64,000 nt of DNA, from positions 608,001 to 672,000 of the forward strand of contig OY969474.1 of NCBI GenBank assembly GCA_963700145.1, given 5' to 3'. Below, in pieces: positions 56,159 to 64,000 of the stretch (position 1 is its first letter; each line of letters begins with the position of its first letter). The notes beneath the pieces were generated by a model that saw only the letters and a list, made by a program, of their open reading frames with translations, did no database searches and was not told the origin of the DNA. This DNA comes from an uncultured Acidobacteriota bacterium (GTDB lineage: Bacteria > Acidobacteriota > Thermoanaerobaculia > Multivoradales > UBA5704). The position numbers were made by a program, and so were the translations under genes.

Positions 56159-57165
56159 GCGCTGTGCCCATGCTGGCCGAGCGCGTCGGGGTCCAGAGGG
56201 CCTGCGAGGCTCTGGGTGTGCCGCGCTCGTCGCTGTACCGTCACCGCAGCCAGGCCCGCGCCGGGCCCCGGCGGCTGCCGCCGGCCCGACCGACACCGGC
56301 GCGCGCCCTCAGCGCGAACGAGCGCCGGCAGACGCTGGAGATTCTCCATAGCCCGCGCTTCGTCGACGCCTCCCCGGCTCAGGTCCACGCCACCCTGCTC
56401 GACGAAGGCCACTACCTCTGCTCGGTGCGCACCATGTACCGCCTGCTGGCGCGCCAGGGGGAGGTGCGGGAGCGACGCCACCAGCTGCGCCACCCTCTCT
56501 ACCGCAAGCCCGAGCTCTTGGCCACCGGCCCCAACCAGGTCTGGTCCTGGGACATCACCAAGCTCCGCGGGCCGGCCAAGGGGATCCACTACAGCCTCTA
56601 CGTGGTGCTCGACATCTTCAGCCGCTACGTCGTCGGCTGGCTGCTGGCCGAACGCGAGAGCGAGCTGCTCGCCCAGCGTCTCCTCGCCGAGACCGTCGCC
56701 AAGTATCCCGTGGTCGCGGGCGAGCTGACGCTGCACGCCGACCGCGGCCCGAGCATGACGTCGAAGTCGGTGGCCCAGCTACTGGCCGACCTCGGAATCC
56801 TCAACAGCCACAGCCGCCCTCACACCAGCAACGACAATCCCTACTCCGAGGCCCAGCTCAAGACCCTGAAGTACCATCCGCTGTTTCCCGATCGCTTTGG
56901 CTCGCTCGAGCACGGCCGGCTCTTCTGCTGCGGCTTTTTCCCCTGGTACAACCACCAGCACCACCACTCCGGCCTGGCGCTGCTGACCCCCGCCGACGTC
57001 CATTTCGGCCGCGCCCCCGAGATCCTCGCCCGCCGCGCCGACGTCCTCCGTGCGGCCTACGCCGCCCACCCAGAACGCTTCCACCGCGTACCCCATCCCC
57101 GGCAGCTGCCCCAGGCCGTCTGGATCAACCCACCCCAGGAGGACACCCCGACGAAACTTCCCTAA
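56155..57165 (+). CDS. IS3-family transposase OrfB (rve/DDE), -1 frame relative to OrfA
   Basis: PNQVWSWDIT, LDIFSRYVVGW, HADRG, NDNPYSEA..KTLK, WYN..HHHSG. Confidence 0.92.
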   Translation: MSAVPMLAERVGVQRACEALGVPRSSLYRHRSQARAGPRRLPPARPTPARALSANERRQTLEILHSPRFVDASPAQVHATLLDEGHYLCSVRTMYRLLARQGEVRERRHQLRHPLYRKPELLATGPNQVWSWDITKLRGPAKGIHYSLYVVLDIFSRYVVGWLLAERESELLAQRLLAETVAKYPVVAGELTLHADRGPSMTSKSVAQLLADLGILNSHSRPHTSNDNPYSEAQLKTLKYHPLFPDRFGSLEHGRLFCCGFFPWYNHQHHHSGLALLTPADVHFGRAPEILARRADVLRAAYAAHPERFHRVPHPRQLPQAVWINPPQEDTPTKLP

Positions 57166-57209
57166 TTTCTCTCTGAACTCTGTCTCAACGGGCTTGACAG
57201 GCTCCGCAT

Positions 57210-57347
57210 TCCCCACCTCGCGGGGAGCGGTCCCCGTCCGATGGGGAGCACACCCCGGCCGGCGGGGAACACTCCCCGGCTCAGGGGGAGTGGTCCCCAG
57301 GCGCCGGACCGGATTTCCCAGCTCGCGGGACGCTTTCCCGCCTCGTC
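57210..57347. repeat. 21-bp-period array, right part (~6.5 GGGGA-N4-TCCCC units)
   Basis: Units at 57222, 57243, 57264, 57285, 57306 and 57327. Confidence 0.85.
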
Positions 57348-57573
57348 AGACCGCCCGGGCGACCAGCCGCCCCGCCCGCACCTCGACCTCGTAGGCTTGC
57401 CCCAGGTCGAATCCGGCCGCCTGCAGCCACCGCCCGGACAGCCGCAGGTCCGGAAACCTCTCCCTCCTGCTCCAGCGGCCGCACACCGTCCCCGAGCGCC
57501 GCCCCGCGGCGCGCGCCTTCCGCGCGCTCTCTCTTTCGCTCCTCTCGCCCTTTCCGCTCCACGGCCGCGGCAA
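57346..57573 (-). CDS. symE: SymE-family type I toxin domain; the best RBS/ATG (57695) is out of frame
   Basis: FPDLRLSGRWLQAAGFDLGQAYEVEVRAGRLV matches the SymE core P-x-L-x-L-x-G-x-W-L-x-x-A-G-F. Confidence 0.75.
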   Translation of the reverse strand: MPRPWSGKGERSERESARKARAAGRRSGTVCGRWSRRERFPDLRLSGRWLQAAGFDLGQAYEVEVRAGRLVARAV

Positions 57574-57682
57574 GAGCGCGCGCCGGCGCCCCCGAGGAGC
57601 TTCGGGAGATTCAATCCTGCTGGAGGGGATGGTGGATGGACGGGAGGCCCGACGGGCCCGAAGGCGTTGCTACACTTCGTCT

Positions 57683-57745
57683 CAAGGCTGCTCATGGAGA
57701 CCACTCCTCCGTGTGGCCCCAGCACCGCCTCCAAATGTGCTGGGT
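57683..57745 (+). ncRNA. SymR-like cis-antisense RNA candidate
   Basis: TGcTACACT extended -10 at 57668-57676; antisense to ATG 57695 and its GGAGGAG SD; 3' hairpin CCCAGCAC/GTGCTGGG. Confidence 0.5.
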
Positions 57746-57774
57746 AGCTGCGAGGAGTTCTTTGCTGAAAGGTA

Positions 57775-58989
57775 ATGACATTGCCCAAACAGGCGACGGT
57801 ATTCTACTCATGGCAGTCCGACCTGCCCAACAAGACTAATCGCGGACTCATTGAGAAGGCGCTGCAATGGGCCCTGCAGGCATTGCACGATGCCGGGGAC
57901 TTCGACGTGGAACTCATCATCGATAGGGACACAAAGGGCATGCCTGGGTCACCGGACATAGCGGCCGCCATTCTCAGGAAAATCGATTCAGCGTCAATGT
58001 TTGTAGGCGATGTCTCTATCATCGCGACGTCCGCAGGTGGGCGGCCGTGCCCAAATCCAAACGTTCTCATCGAATTCGGCTACGCCCTGAAGTCACTGGG
58101 GGCCGACAATGTGATCCTCGTCTGTAATACAGCCTTCGGAAGCGTTGCAGAGTTGCCTTTTGACCTAAAAGGGAAAAGGATCGCACCCTACAGCTTGGGA
58201 CCTGATGAGGAACCTGCAACCAAACAGGAGGAGCTGGCCGCATTGTTTCGGGAGGCATTAGCGGACATCGCGAGGCACCAGCGACGTAGCAGAACATATC
58301 AACGAAATACTGAGTTCGCAACGGACCTCGTCTCGGCCCTTGTGCGTGTGCAACTCTTCGGCAACGAAGTCGAGGAACGCCGAGTTGATCCTTGGTTAGG
58401 CCAGATATTAGACGTTTTTGCAGGCGCATCGCAGTGGCTTAAGCAAAATTCGCATCAGTCAGCGGTTGCTGACCTCGAACTCATGGAGCCTATGGAACGA
58501 CTCGCATTCGCCTTGGATAAGGTCAGGGACCATGATCACGGTCTTGGTGGGGGCGGAAAGTTCACTGAAAAGGTCATGGCCGCGACGCGGGCCGCGGCGG
58601 AACTCCAAGCTACAATTAGGAACATGGGCCCACTAACTGAGGAGGCGGTTTCGGAGATTACCAGGGTAATTGTAGACCAGGAGAAGCAGCTGACTGGTTG
58701 GGTCAGGCGAACCATGGATCGGGACCTGCATCATTCGGAGCGCTACCGCGACTTTATCTCTGAGGTCAAAGAGATTGGCTATCAGCTGGGAACGCTGTCC
58801 TACTACCCTCTGGAGGGCCTGGAAGGGGAACCTGCAAAGCGCTTGCGGAAGATCGGAGAGTCTCTTCATCTTGTCGATCTGAAAGACAGTACGAGCCACC
58901 ACAGAGGTAGAGATGCGATAGTCAGCTTTGTCGCTGACAATGCGGCGGAACTTCGGAGCCTGATCCTGGGCCTTCGGCTCGAAAAGTAG
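57775..58989 (+). CDS. TIR/nucleoside-deoxyribosyltransferase-like protein with helical C-terminal domain, candidate defence gene
   Basis: VFYSWQSD, PGSPDI...ILRKID, FVGDVS, PNPNVLIEFGYA, LPFDL; visibly more AT-rich than its flanks. Confidence 0.75.
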   Translation: MTLPKQATVFYSWQSDLPNKTNRGLIEKALQWALQALHDAGDFDVELIIDRDTKGMPGSPDIAAAILRKIDSASMFVGDVSIIATSAGGRPCPNPNVLIEFGYALKSLGADNVILVCNTAFGSVAELPFDLKGKRIAPYSLGPDEEPATKQEELAALFREALADIARHQRRSRTYQRNTEFATDLVSALVRVQLFGNEVEERRVDPWLGQILDVFAGASQWLKQNSHQSAVADLELMEPMERLAFALDKVRDHDHGLGGGGKFTEKVMAATRAAAELQATIRNMGPLTEEAVSEITRVIVDQEKQLTGWVRRTMDRDLHHSERYRDFISEVKEIGYQLGTLSYYPLEGLEGEPAKRLRKIGESLHLVDLKDSTSHHRGRDAIVSFVADNAAELRSLILGLRLEK

Positions 58990-59239
58990 GCTGGAATAGA
59001 GCGGGGTATCGAACCTCGCGATGCTCCGGGCACCTGAGCTGGAGCCCAGGTGCCGGTCATCTTCCACTGCGCTTGGAGCCGGTCACTCGTCGACCGCGAA
59101 CGTGACCTCAGGTGCACCCGAGATGCTGGTCAGAATCCTCGACAGTTGCGCGCTGAACGGCGGGGATCGCCCCATGTCCACGCCGGCCAAGGACCCGCCG
59201 CGCGGGTTAGGCTCGCTCGATCAACTTGGGAGGCATACC

Positions 59240-59908
59240 GTGGCGATCGAGTTCAGCGCGACGGCTCGTCGGCTCGGAATCTTCTCGGCGGTGGGCGTCG
59301 TGGTCCTCGGGGCGGCCTATGCGGTCACCCTCGCGGTCGGGTTCCTGTCTCTCGAGTCTCCGTCGGAACCGATCGGCGACCCGATGTTCTCGATCCTCGA
59401 GGTCCTGATCCTCGCCATGACGCCGGCGATGGTCGCGCTCATGGTGGCGGTGCACGCTTGGGCGCCGCCGCACGCCAAGGCGCTCAGCCTGACCGCGGTC
59501 GTCTTCATGGGGCTGCTCGCCGGGGTGACCTGCAGCCTGCACTTCGTCATCTTGACGTTGAGCCGCCAGGCCGCCTTCGCCGGGCAGTCGTGGCTGCCGC
59601 TGGCGCTGTCGTTCAAGTGGCCGTCGGTCGCCTACGCGCTCGACATCCTCGCCTGGGACGTCTTCTTCGCGCTCTCGATGTTGTTTGCCGCCCCGGTCTT
59701 CGGCGGCAGTCGGCTCGCCGCATGGATCCGTGGGCTGATGACTGCCAGCGGAGTCCTCGCGCTCGCCGGTCTGAGCGGTGTCGCGGCCGGCGACATGCAG
59801 CTGCGCAACATCGGCATCGTCGGTGACCTAGGAGTCTTTCTGGTCGTCGCGGGGCTCCTGGCGGTCCTGTTCTATCGAGCCAGACCGGGAGCAGCGCCGG
59901 CGAGCTAG
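59240..59908 (+). CDS. Multi-pass membrane protein of unknown function
   Basis: GGAGG RBS then GTG 59240; about six TM segments. Confidence 0.65.
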   Translation: MAIEFSATARRLGIFSAVGVVVLGAAYAVTLAVGFLSLESPSEPIGDPMFSILEVLILAMTPAMVALMVAVHAWAPPHAKALSLTAVVFMGLLAGVTCSLHFVILTLSRQAAFAGQSWLPLALSFKWPSVAYALDILAWDVFFALSMLFAAPVFGGSRLAAWIRGLMTASGVLALAGLSGVAAGDMQLRNIGIVGDLGVFLVVAGLLAVLFYRARPGAAPAS

Positions 59909-60286
59909 CAACGGGCCCGCGAACAGCGTCAGCAGGAACACCGGCCAGAGCCGCCCGTGCGGCAGGTCGAAGGCGGCGAGGAGCTCGGTCATCGGCACGC
60001 CGAGGGCGAGGTGGAAGACGCCGAATTCGAAGAGCAGGGTCAGGACGACCCAGGCGACGCCGAGGACCAACGCCTGCCGGCGCGTGGGGCGCGTGGCGCG
60101 CACGAACCAGACGATCAGCGCTAGGACGGCGGCGGAGGCGACGACCGTCTCGAGCTGCTCGGCGCGGAGGGCGCCGAGGCGCGGCCGCAGCAGCGCCTCG
60201 CGCACCGCACCGAGCGCCACGACGACGGCGCCGAAGCCGAGCCAGGCCACGAACCCCTTGGCGTAGATGCCGGCGCGGGTCGCCAT
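59828..60286 (-). CDS. Small membrane protein of unknown function
   Basis: Four TM segments, GAVRE..L.P.LG and FEFG...GRLW motifs; overlaps the convergent gene end. Confidence 0.55.
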   Translation of the reverse strand: MATRAGIYAKGFVAWLGFGAVVVALGAVREALLRPRLGALRAEQLETVVASAAVLALIVWFVRATRPTRRQALVLGVAWVVLTLLFEFGVFHLALGVPMTELLAAFDLPHGRLWPVFLLTLFAGPLLARRRCSRSGSIEQDRQEPRDDQKDS

Positions 60287-60322
60287 GCTCATTCAGGCAG
60301 CCGGGCGCGCGCCGCGAGGCGC

Positions 60323-60526
60323 TTACTCGTCGACCACGAAGGTGACCTTCAGGTGCACCCGGAAGACCTTGACCTCGTCGCCGGAGACCTTGACGAGCTG
60401 GTCCTGGACCCAGGCGCGCTTGATGTTCTTGACCGTCTTGCCCGCCTTGCGGATGCCGTCGCGGATCGCGTCCTCGAAGCTGACGGGGGAGTCGCTGCTG
60501 ATCTCGATGATCTTGGCCACGGACAT
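60323..60526 (-). CDS. Dodecin family flavin-binding protein
   Basis: MSVAKIIEISSDSPVSFEDAI...KTVKNI..AWV...KVTF; AGGAG RBS. Confidence 0.92.
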   Translation of the reverse strand: MSVAKIIEISSDSPVSFEDAIRDGIRKAGKTVKNIKRAWVQDQLVKVSGDEVKVFRVHLKVTFVVDE

Positions 60527-60563
60527 GAGGTTCTCCTTTGGTTGGTGACTTTCGGTGTGTACC

Positions 60564-60812
60564 CTAGCGGTCCCGCCGCACTTCCCGGTCGACGCGGTCG
60601 ACGAAGAGGTACAGGCCGGCGCCGGCAAGGAGCAGGACGGCCGAGGCCACCGCCGCCGGCAGCACGCCCTCGCGGTGACCGGCGAGGTAGGCCTCGAGGG
60701 TGGCGGTGAGCAGCCACATCTGGACGACGAGCAGGATGGCGATGAGCGCCAGGGCGCCGTCGATCGCGGTGGCGCCGCGGCGCGCGGCGGGGAAGCGCCT
60801 GGGGTCGTCCAT
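60564..60812 (-). CDS. Small two-TM protein (DUF6755-like)
   Basis: VVQMWLLTATLEAYLAG motif; in the Mo-enzyme operon. Confidence 0.65.
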   Translation of the reverse strand: MDDPRRFPAARRGATAIDGALALIAILLVVQMWLLTATLEAYLAGHREGVLPAAVASAVLLLAGAGLYLFVDRVDREVRRDR

Positions 60813-60816
60813 CGCT

Positions 60817-61329
60817 TCAGGCCTCCGGGCGCAGCTCCATCCCCACCGCGATCAGCTCGTCGCCGCGGCGCTCCAGCACGACGCGCGGCAGCGGCCGCTG
60901 CGGCGGCCCCTGGAGCACGCGGCCGTCCCGGGCCGAGAAGTACCCTTCGTGGCAGGGGCACTCGAGACGGTCCGCGCCGCGCGCGTAGTAGACGGCGCAG
61001 GAGAGGTGGGTGCACTTCTGGCTGAAGGCGGCGTACTCCTCCGGCGCGCGGCGGACGAGGATGCAGGGGTCCTCCGGGCCCGGGTAGCGGAAGAGCTTGA
61101 CCCCGCCGACCGGCACCTCGCCGAGGCGCGCGACCGGCCGCCGCGGGTAGGCCGGCGTGCGGGAGAGCCAGCTCTTGGCCAGGATCCAGACGTTGCCGGC
61201 GAACATCCCCAGGCTGGTGAGGACCAGGAACTTGGCGAACTGCCGGCGGTTGACGTAGCGCTCGTCGGCGCCGTGGACCGAGAACTCCTCGCGCCAGAGC
61301 GGCTCGGCGCTCGGCCGGCGGAGGCTCAC
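60817..61329 (-). CDS. Rieske [2Fe-2S] protein with N-terminal RR-TM anchor
   Basis: [24 protein letters not shown]; GTG at 61329. Confidence 0.9.
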   Translation of the reverse strand: MSLRRPSAEPLWREEFSVHGADERYVNRRQFAKFLVLTSLGMFAGNVWILAKSWLSRTPAYPRRPVARLGEVPVGGVKLFRYPGPEDPCILVRRAPEEYAAFSQKCTHLSCAVYYARGADRLECPCHEGYFSARDGRVLQGPPQRPLPRVVLERRGDELIAVGMELRPEA

Positions 61330-61919
61330 GCCCGCCCCTCCTCGCCCGGCGGCTCCCAGAGGTAGTCGGTGACGTCCACCTCGACCGCCCGCGCAGCGGG
61401 CGGCGCCATCATGAAGACCCGCGTCGTCACCGTCTGGTTGCCGAAACGGAAGACGTTGACCGGCGCCTCGCGCCGCTCCCGCGCGATCCGCTCGGGCGGC
61501 ACGTAGGCGAGCGCCTGGCTGGGGCAGACGGTGGCGCACATCGGCCGCAGCCCGACCGACGTGCGGTCGTAGCACATGTCGCACTTCATCATCAGCTCGA
61601 GCTTGGCCATCATCTTGGGGATGCCGAAGGGGCAGGCGAGCACGCAGTTGGAGCAGGCGATGCAGCGCGGCTTGAGCGCCGACTGGACGACGCCGTCCTC
61701 CCCCTTCTTGATGGCGTCGGCCGGGCAGACCTCGGCGCAGGTGGGGTCGTCGCAGTGCATGCAGATGGCGGGCGCGGTGGCGATGCTGTTCGGGCGGTCG
61801 AGGTAGTCGACGGTGATCAGCGGCGTGCCGCGGTGGGTGTCGCACTCGGCGCAGGCGTTGACGCAGGCCTGGCAGCCGATGCAGCGCTCCGGGTCGATGT
61901 AGAACTCGTGGCCGAACAT
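61326..61919 (-). CDS. 4Fe-4S dicluster subunit (DmsB/NrfC-like)
   Basis: [40 protein letters not shown]...CATVCP. Confidence 0.92.
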   Translation of the reverse strand: MFGHEFYIDPERCIGCQACVNACAECDTHRGTPLITVDYLDRPNSIATAPAICMHCDDPTCAEVCPADAIKKGEDGVVQSALKPRCIACSNCVLACPFGIPKMMAKLELMMKCDMCYDRTSVGLRPMCATVCPSQALAYVPPERIARERREAPVNVFRFGNQTVTTRVFMMAPPAARAVEVDVTDYLWEPPGEEGRA

Positions 61920-61924
61920 GGCGC

Positions 61925-64000
61925 TTACCCCACCACCCGCAGGCCGCCGCCGCCGGGGCGCGGCTGGCCGGGGGAGAGTTCGCTGCGCACCCACTCGGGC
62001 GGCCCCGCGGCCTTGCGCAGGCGGCAGGCGGAGACCTTGTACTCCGGGATCTTGCTGCGCGGGTCGAGCGTGCGGTGGGTCAGGCGGTTGACGCTCCGCC
62101 CGCCCGGCCAGTGGTAGGCGATGAAGACGGTGTCCGGCCGGATGGTGCGCACCACCATCGCCTGCAGGGTGATCTCGTCCCGCCGGGTGACGACCGTCAC
62201 CCAGTCGCCGTCGGCGATGCCGTGCTCGGCCGCCAGCCGGGGGTGGATCTCGACGCGCGGGTGGGGGAACTGGTCGACCAGCGGCCCGATGCGCCGGGTC
62301 TGGGTGCCGGAGAGGTACTGGCTGACGACGCGGCCGGTCGTCAGGTAGACGGGGAACTCGCCGTCCACCGGATCGCCGCTCTCGCGCCACTCGGTGACCA
62401 GGAAGCGCGCCTTGCCGTCGGGGTGGAAGAAGCGCCCGCCCTCGAAGAGGCGCGGTGTGCCCGGGTGGTCCTCGCTCGGGCAGGGCCAGAAGACCCCCAT
62501 CTGGCGGTCGATCTTCTCGTAGGTGATGCCGGCGTAGTCGGCCGGCCCGCCGCGCGACGCCTCGCGCAGCTCGTCGAAGATCTCGCGCGTCGAGGCGTAG
62601 GGGAAGTGCTCCCCCTTCCCCAGCCGCCGCGCCAGCTCGATGAAGATGCGGCTGTCGGGCCAGGCGTCTCCCGGCGGATCGACCGCCTTGCGGATGTGCA
62701 GCACCCGGCCCTCGGCGCTGGCCACGACACCCTCCTCCTCCTCGTGCAGGCTGCCCGCCAGCACCACGTCGGCGAGCTGCGCCGTCTCCGAGAGGAAGAA
62801 GTCGACGACGGCGAAGAATTCGAGCCGCTCCAGCGCCTCGCGGACGAAGTTGGCGTCGGGCAGCGAGACGAGGGGGTTGAAGCAGATCGAGACCAGGGCC
62901 TTGATCTCGCCGCGGTGGATCGCCTCCATGATCTCCATCGCCGAGAGCCCGGCCCCCGGGATCTCCTCGGGGGAGACGCCCCAGACCCGCGCCACGTGCT
63001 CGCGGGCGGCGGGGTCGGCGATCGAGCGCTGCCCAGGGAGCTGGTCGCACTTCTGGCCGTGCTCGCGCCCTCCCTGGCCGTTGCCCTGGCCGGTGATCAT
63101 CGAGCAGCCGGCGCCCTCGCGGCCGATGTGGCCGGTGGCGAGCGCCAGGTTGATGACGGCCAGGCAGTTCTCGACCCCCTTCGACTGGTGCTCCAGGCCG
63201 CGCGCGTGGAGCAGGACGGCGCGCTCCGCCTCGCCGATCCAGTGCGCCGCCTGCTCGATCGCCGCCGGCGGCACGCCGGTCATGCGGGCGGCGGTGAGCG
63301 GGTCCCAGGCGCGCACCGACTCGGCCACCGCCTCGAAGCCGGTGGTGTGGGCGGCGATGAACTCCTTGGCTTCCAGGCCGTCGCGCAGCACGACGTGCAG
63401 CATGCCCATGAGGAGGGCGAGGTCCGTCCCCGGGCGGAGCGGCAGGTAGAGGTCGGCGTTGCGGGTGATCGGGGTCAGGCGCGGGTCGGCGACGATCAGC
63501 CGCCCGCCGCGGTCGCGGCAGCGCCAGAGGTACTGGGTGGTGATCGGCGCGCACTCGGCGATGTTGGCGCCGATGACGAAGGCCACCTGCGCCTCGGGGA
63601 TGTCGCTCCAGGGGATGGGCGAGCGGTCGACGCCGAAGGCGAGCTTGTAGGCCGTGCCCGCCGAGACCATGCAGAGGCGGCCGTTGTAGTCGATGTGCCG
63701 CGTCCCCAGGGCGAGACGGGCGAACTTGCCGATGAGGTAGGACTTCTCGGTGATCAGCGACGCGCCGCCGTAGACCGCGACGGCGTCCTTGCCCCAGCGC
63801 GCCTGCACCTCGCGCAGGCGGCGGACGGTCGTGTCCAGCGCCTCGTCCCAACCGGCGGGGCGGAAGCCGCCGGGCTCGCGCAGCAGCGGCTGGAGGAGCC
63901 GGTCGGGGTGGGCGCTCTGGAGATAGCGGCGCACGCCCTTCGGGCAGAGCATCCCCTCGTTGAACGGGAACTCCTCCCAGGGCTCGAAGCCCACCAACTG
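61925..64000 (-). CDS. Mo-bisPGD oxidoreductase catalytic subunit (NasA/NarB/FdhF-like); 5' end beyond the window
   Basis: [47 protein letters not shown]. Confidence 0.92.
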   Translation of the reverse strand, partial: QLVGFEPWEEFPFNEGMLCPKGVRRYLQSAHPDRLLQPLLREPGGFRPAGWDEALDTTVRRLREVQARWGKDAVAVYGGASLITEKSYLIGKFARLALGTRHIDYNGRLCMVSAGTAYKLAFGVDRSPIPWSDIPEAQVAFVIGANIAECAPITTQYLWRCRDRGGRLIVADPRLTPITRNADLYLPLRPGTDLALLMGMLHVVLRDGLEAKEFIAAHTTGFEAVAESVRAWDPLTAARMTGVPPAAIEQAAHWIGEAERAVLLHARGLEHQSKGVENCLAVINLALATGHIGREGAGCSMITGQGNGQGGREHGQKCDQLPGQRSIADPAAREHVARVWGVSPEEIPGAGLSAMEIMEAIHRGEIKALVSICFNPLVSLPDANFVREALERLEFFAVVDFFLSETAQLADVVLAGSLHEEEEGVVASAEGRVLHIRKAVDPPGDAWPDSRIFIELARRLGKGEHFPYASTREIFDELREASRGGPADYAGITYEKIDRQMGVFWPCPSEDHPGTPRLFEGGRFFHPDGKARFLVTEWRESGDPVDGEFPVYLTTGRVVSQYLSGTQTRRIGPLVDQFPHPRVEIHPRLAAEHGIADGDWVTVVTRRDEITLQAMVVRTIRPDTVFIAYHWPGGRSVNRLTHRTLDPRSKIPEYKVSACRLRKAAGPPEWVRSELSPGQPRPGGGGLRVVG

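Larger units (their letters stand above)
55551..57206 (+). mobile_element. IS3-family insertion sequence
   Basis: orfA/orfB with a DDE domain; imperfect IRs TGCCAA..TGAGACA (55558) and TGTCTCA..TTGACA (ending 57199); flanking (G)CAT duplication. Confidence 0.9.

Noticed and set aside
55102-57347. CRISPR or TIGR-like guide array
   Set aside because: Variable parts are about 7 nt, repeats are strongly degenerate, and no cas or Nop-domain gene is nearby.
59029-59055. Inverted repeat GGCACCTG...CAGGTGCC as an attC site or mobile-element end
   Set aside because: Single copy, no integrase and no attC core sites; more simply a terminator-like hairpin after the TIR-like gene.
61925-64000. Selenocysteine formate dehydrogenase
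   Set aside because: The ligand position is Cys (RLCMVSA), there is no in-frame TGA, and the adjacent His of FDH is missing.

Overview
High-GC bacterial chromosomal window. The domain content suggests Acidobacteriota, possibly Thermoanaerobaculia, but this is inference. From left to right: (1) the 5' part of comM/yifB; (2) a ~39 kb cell-surface glycan locus (1050-39895) with wzm/wzt, many GT2/GT4 enzymes, three large GT-C-like membrane proteins each near a polyprenol-phosphate-type GT2, amino-sugar genes (WecE-like, WbqC, acyltransferase), about eight methyltransferases and a more AT-rich sulfatase/sulfotransferase block. Inside it sit two tandem secreted fibre-like proteins with Peptidase_S74 chaperone domains and a shared 5' leader. 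(3) A stand-alone MshEN protein coupled to the GT operon. (4) A housekeeping block: TPR, LolB-like lipoprotein, spoVG, tRNA-Gln, prs, rplY, pth, rpsF, rpsR, rplI, a methyltransferase, PBP1A and a USP. (5) An accessory hotspot (53.6-59 kb) with two paralogous secreted proteins, a 21-bp-period array split by an IS3-family element, a SymE-like toxin with a SymR-like antisense arrangement and an AT-rich TIR-like gene. (6) Dodecin and a Mo-bisPGD/4Fe-4S/Rieske operon cut by the window end. The most unusual signals are two unrelated intergenic arrays with a strict 21-bp register, the out-of-frame symE/symR unit, and the conserved leader of the S74 fibre genes. All calls come from reading motifs by eye; no searches were run.
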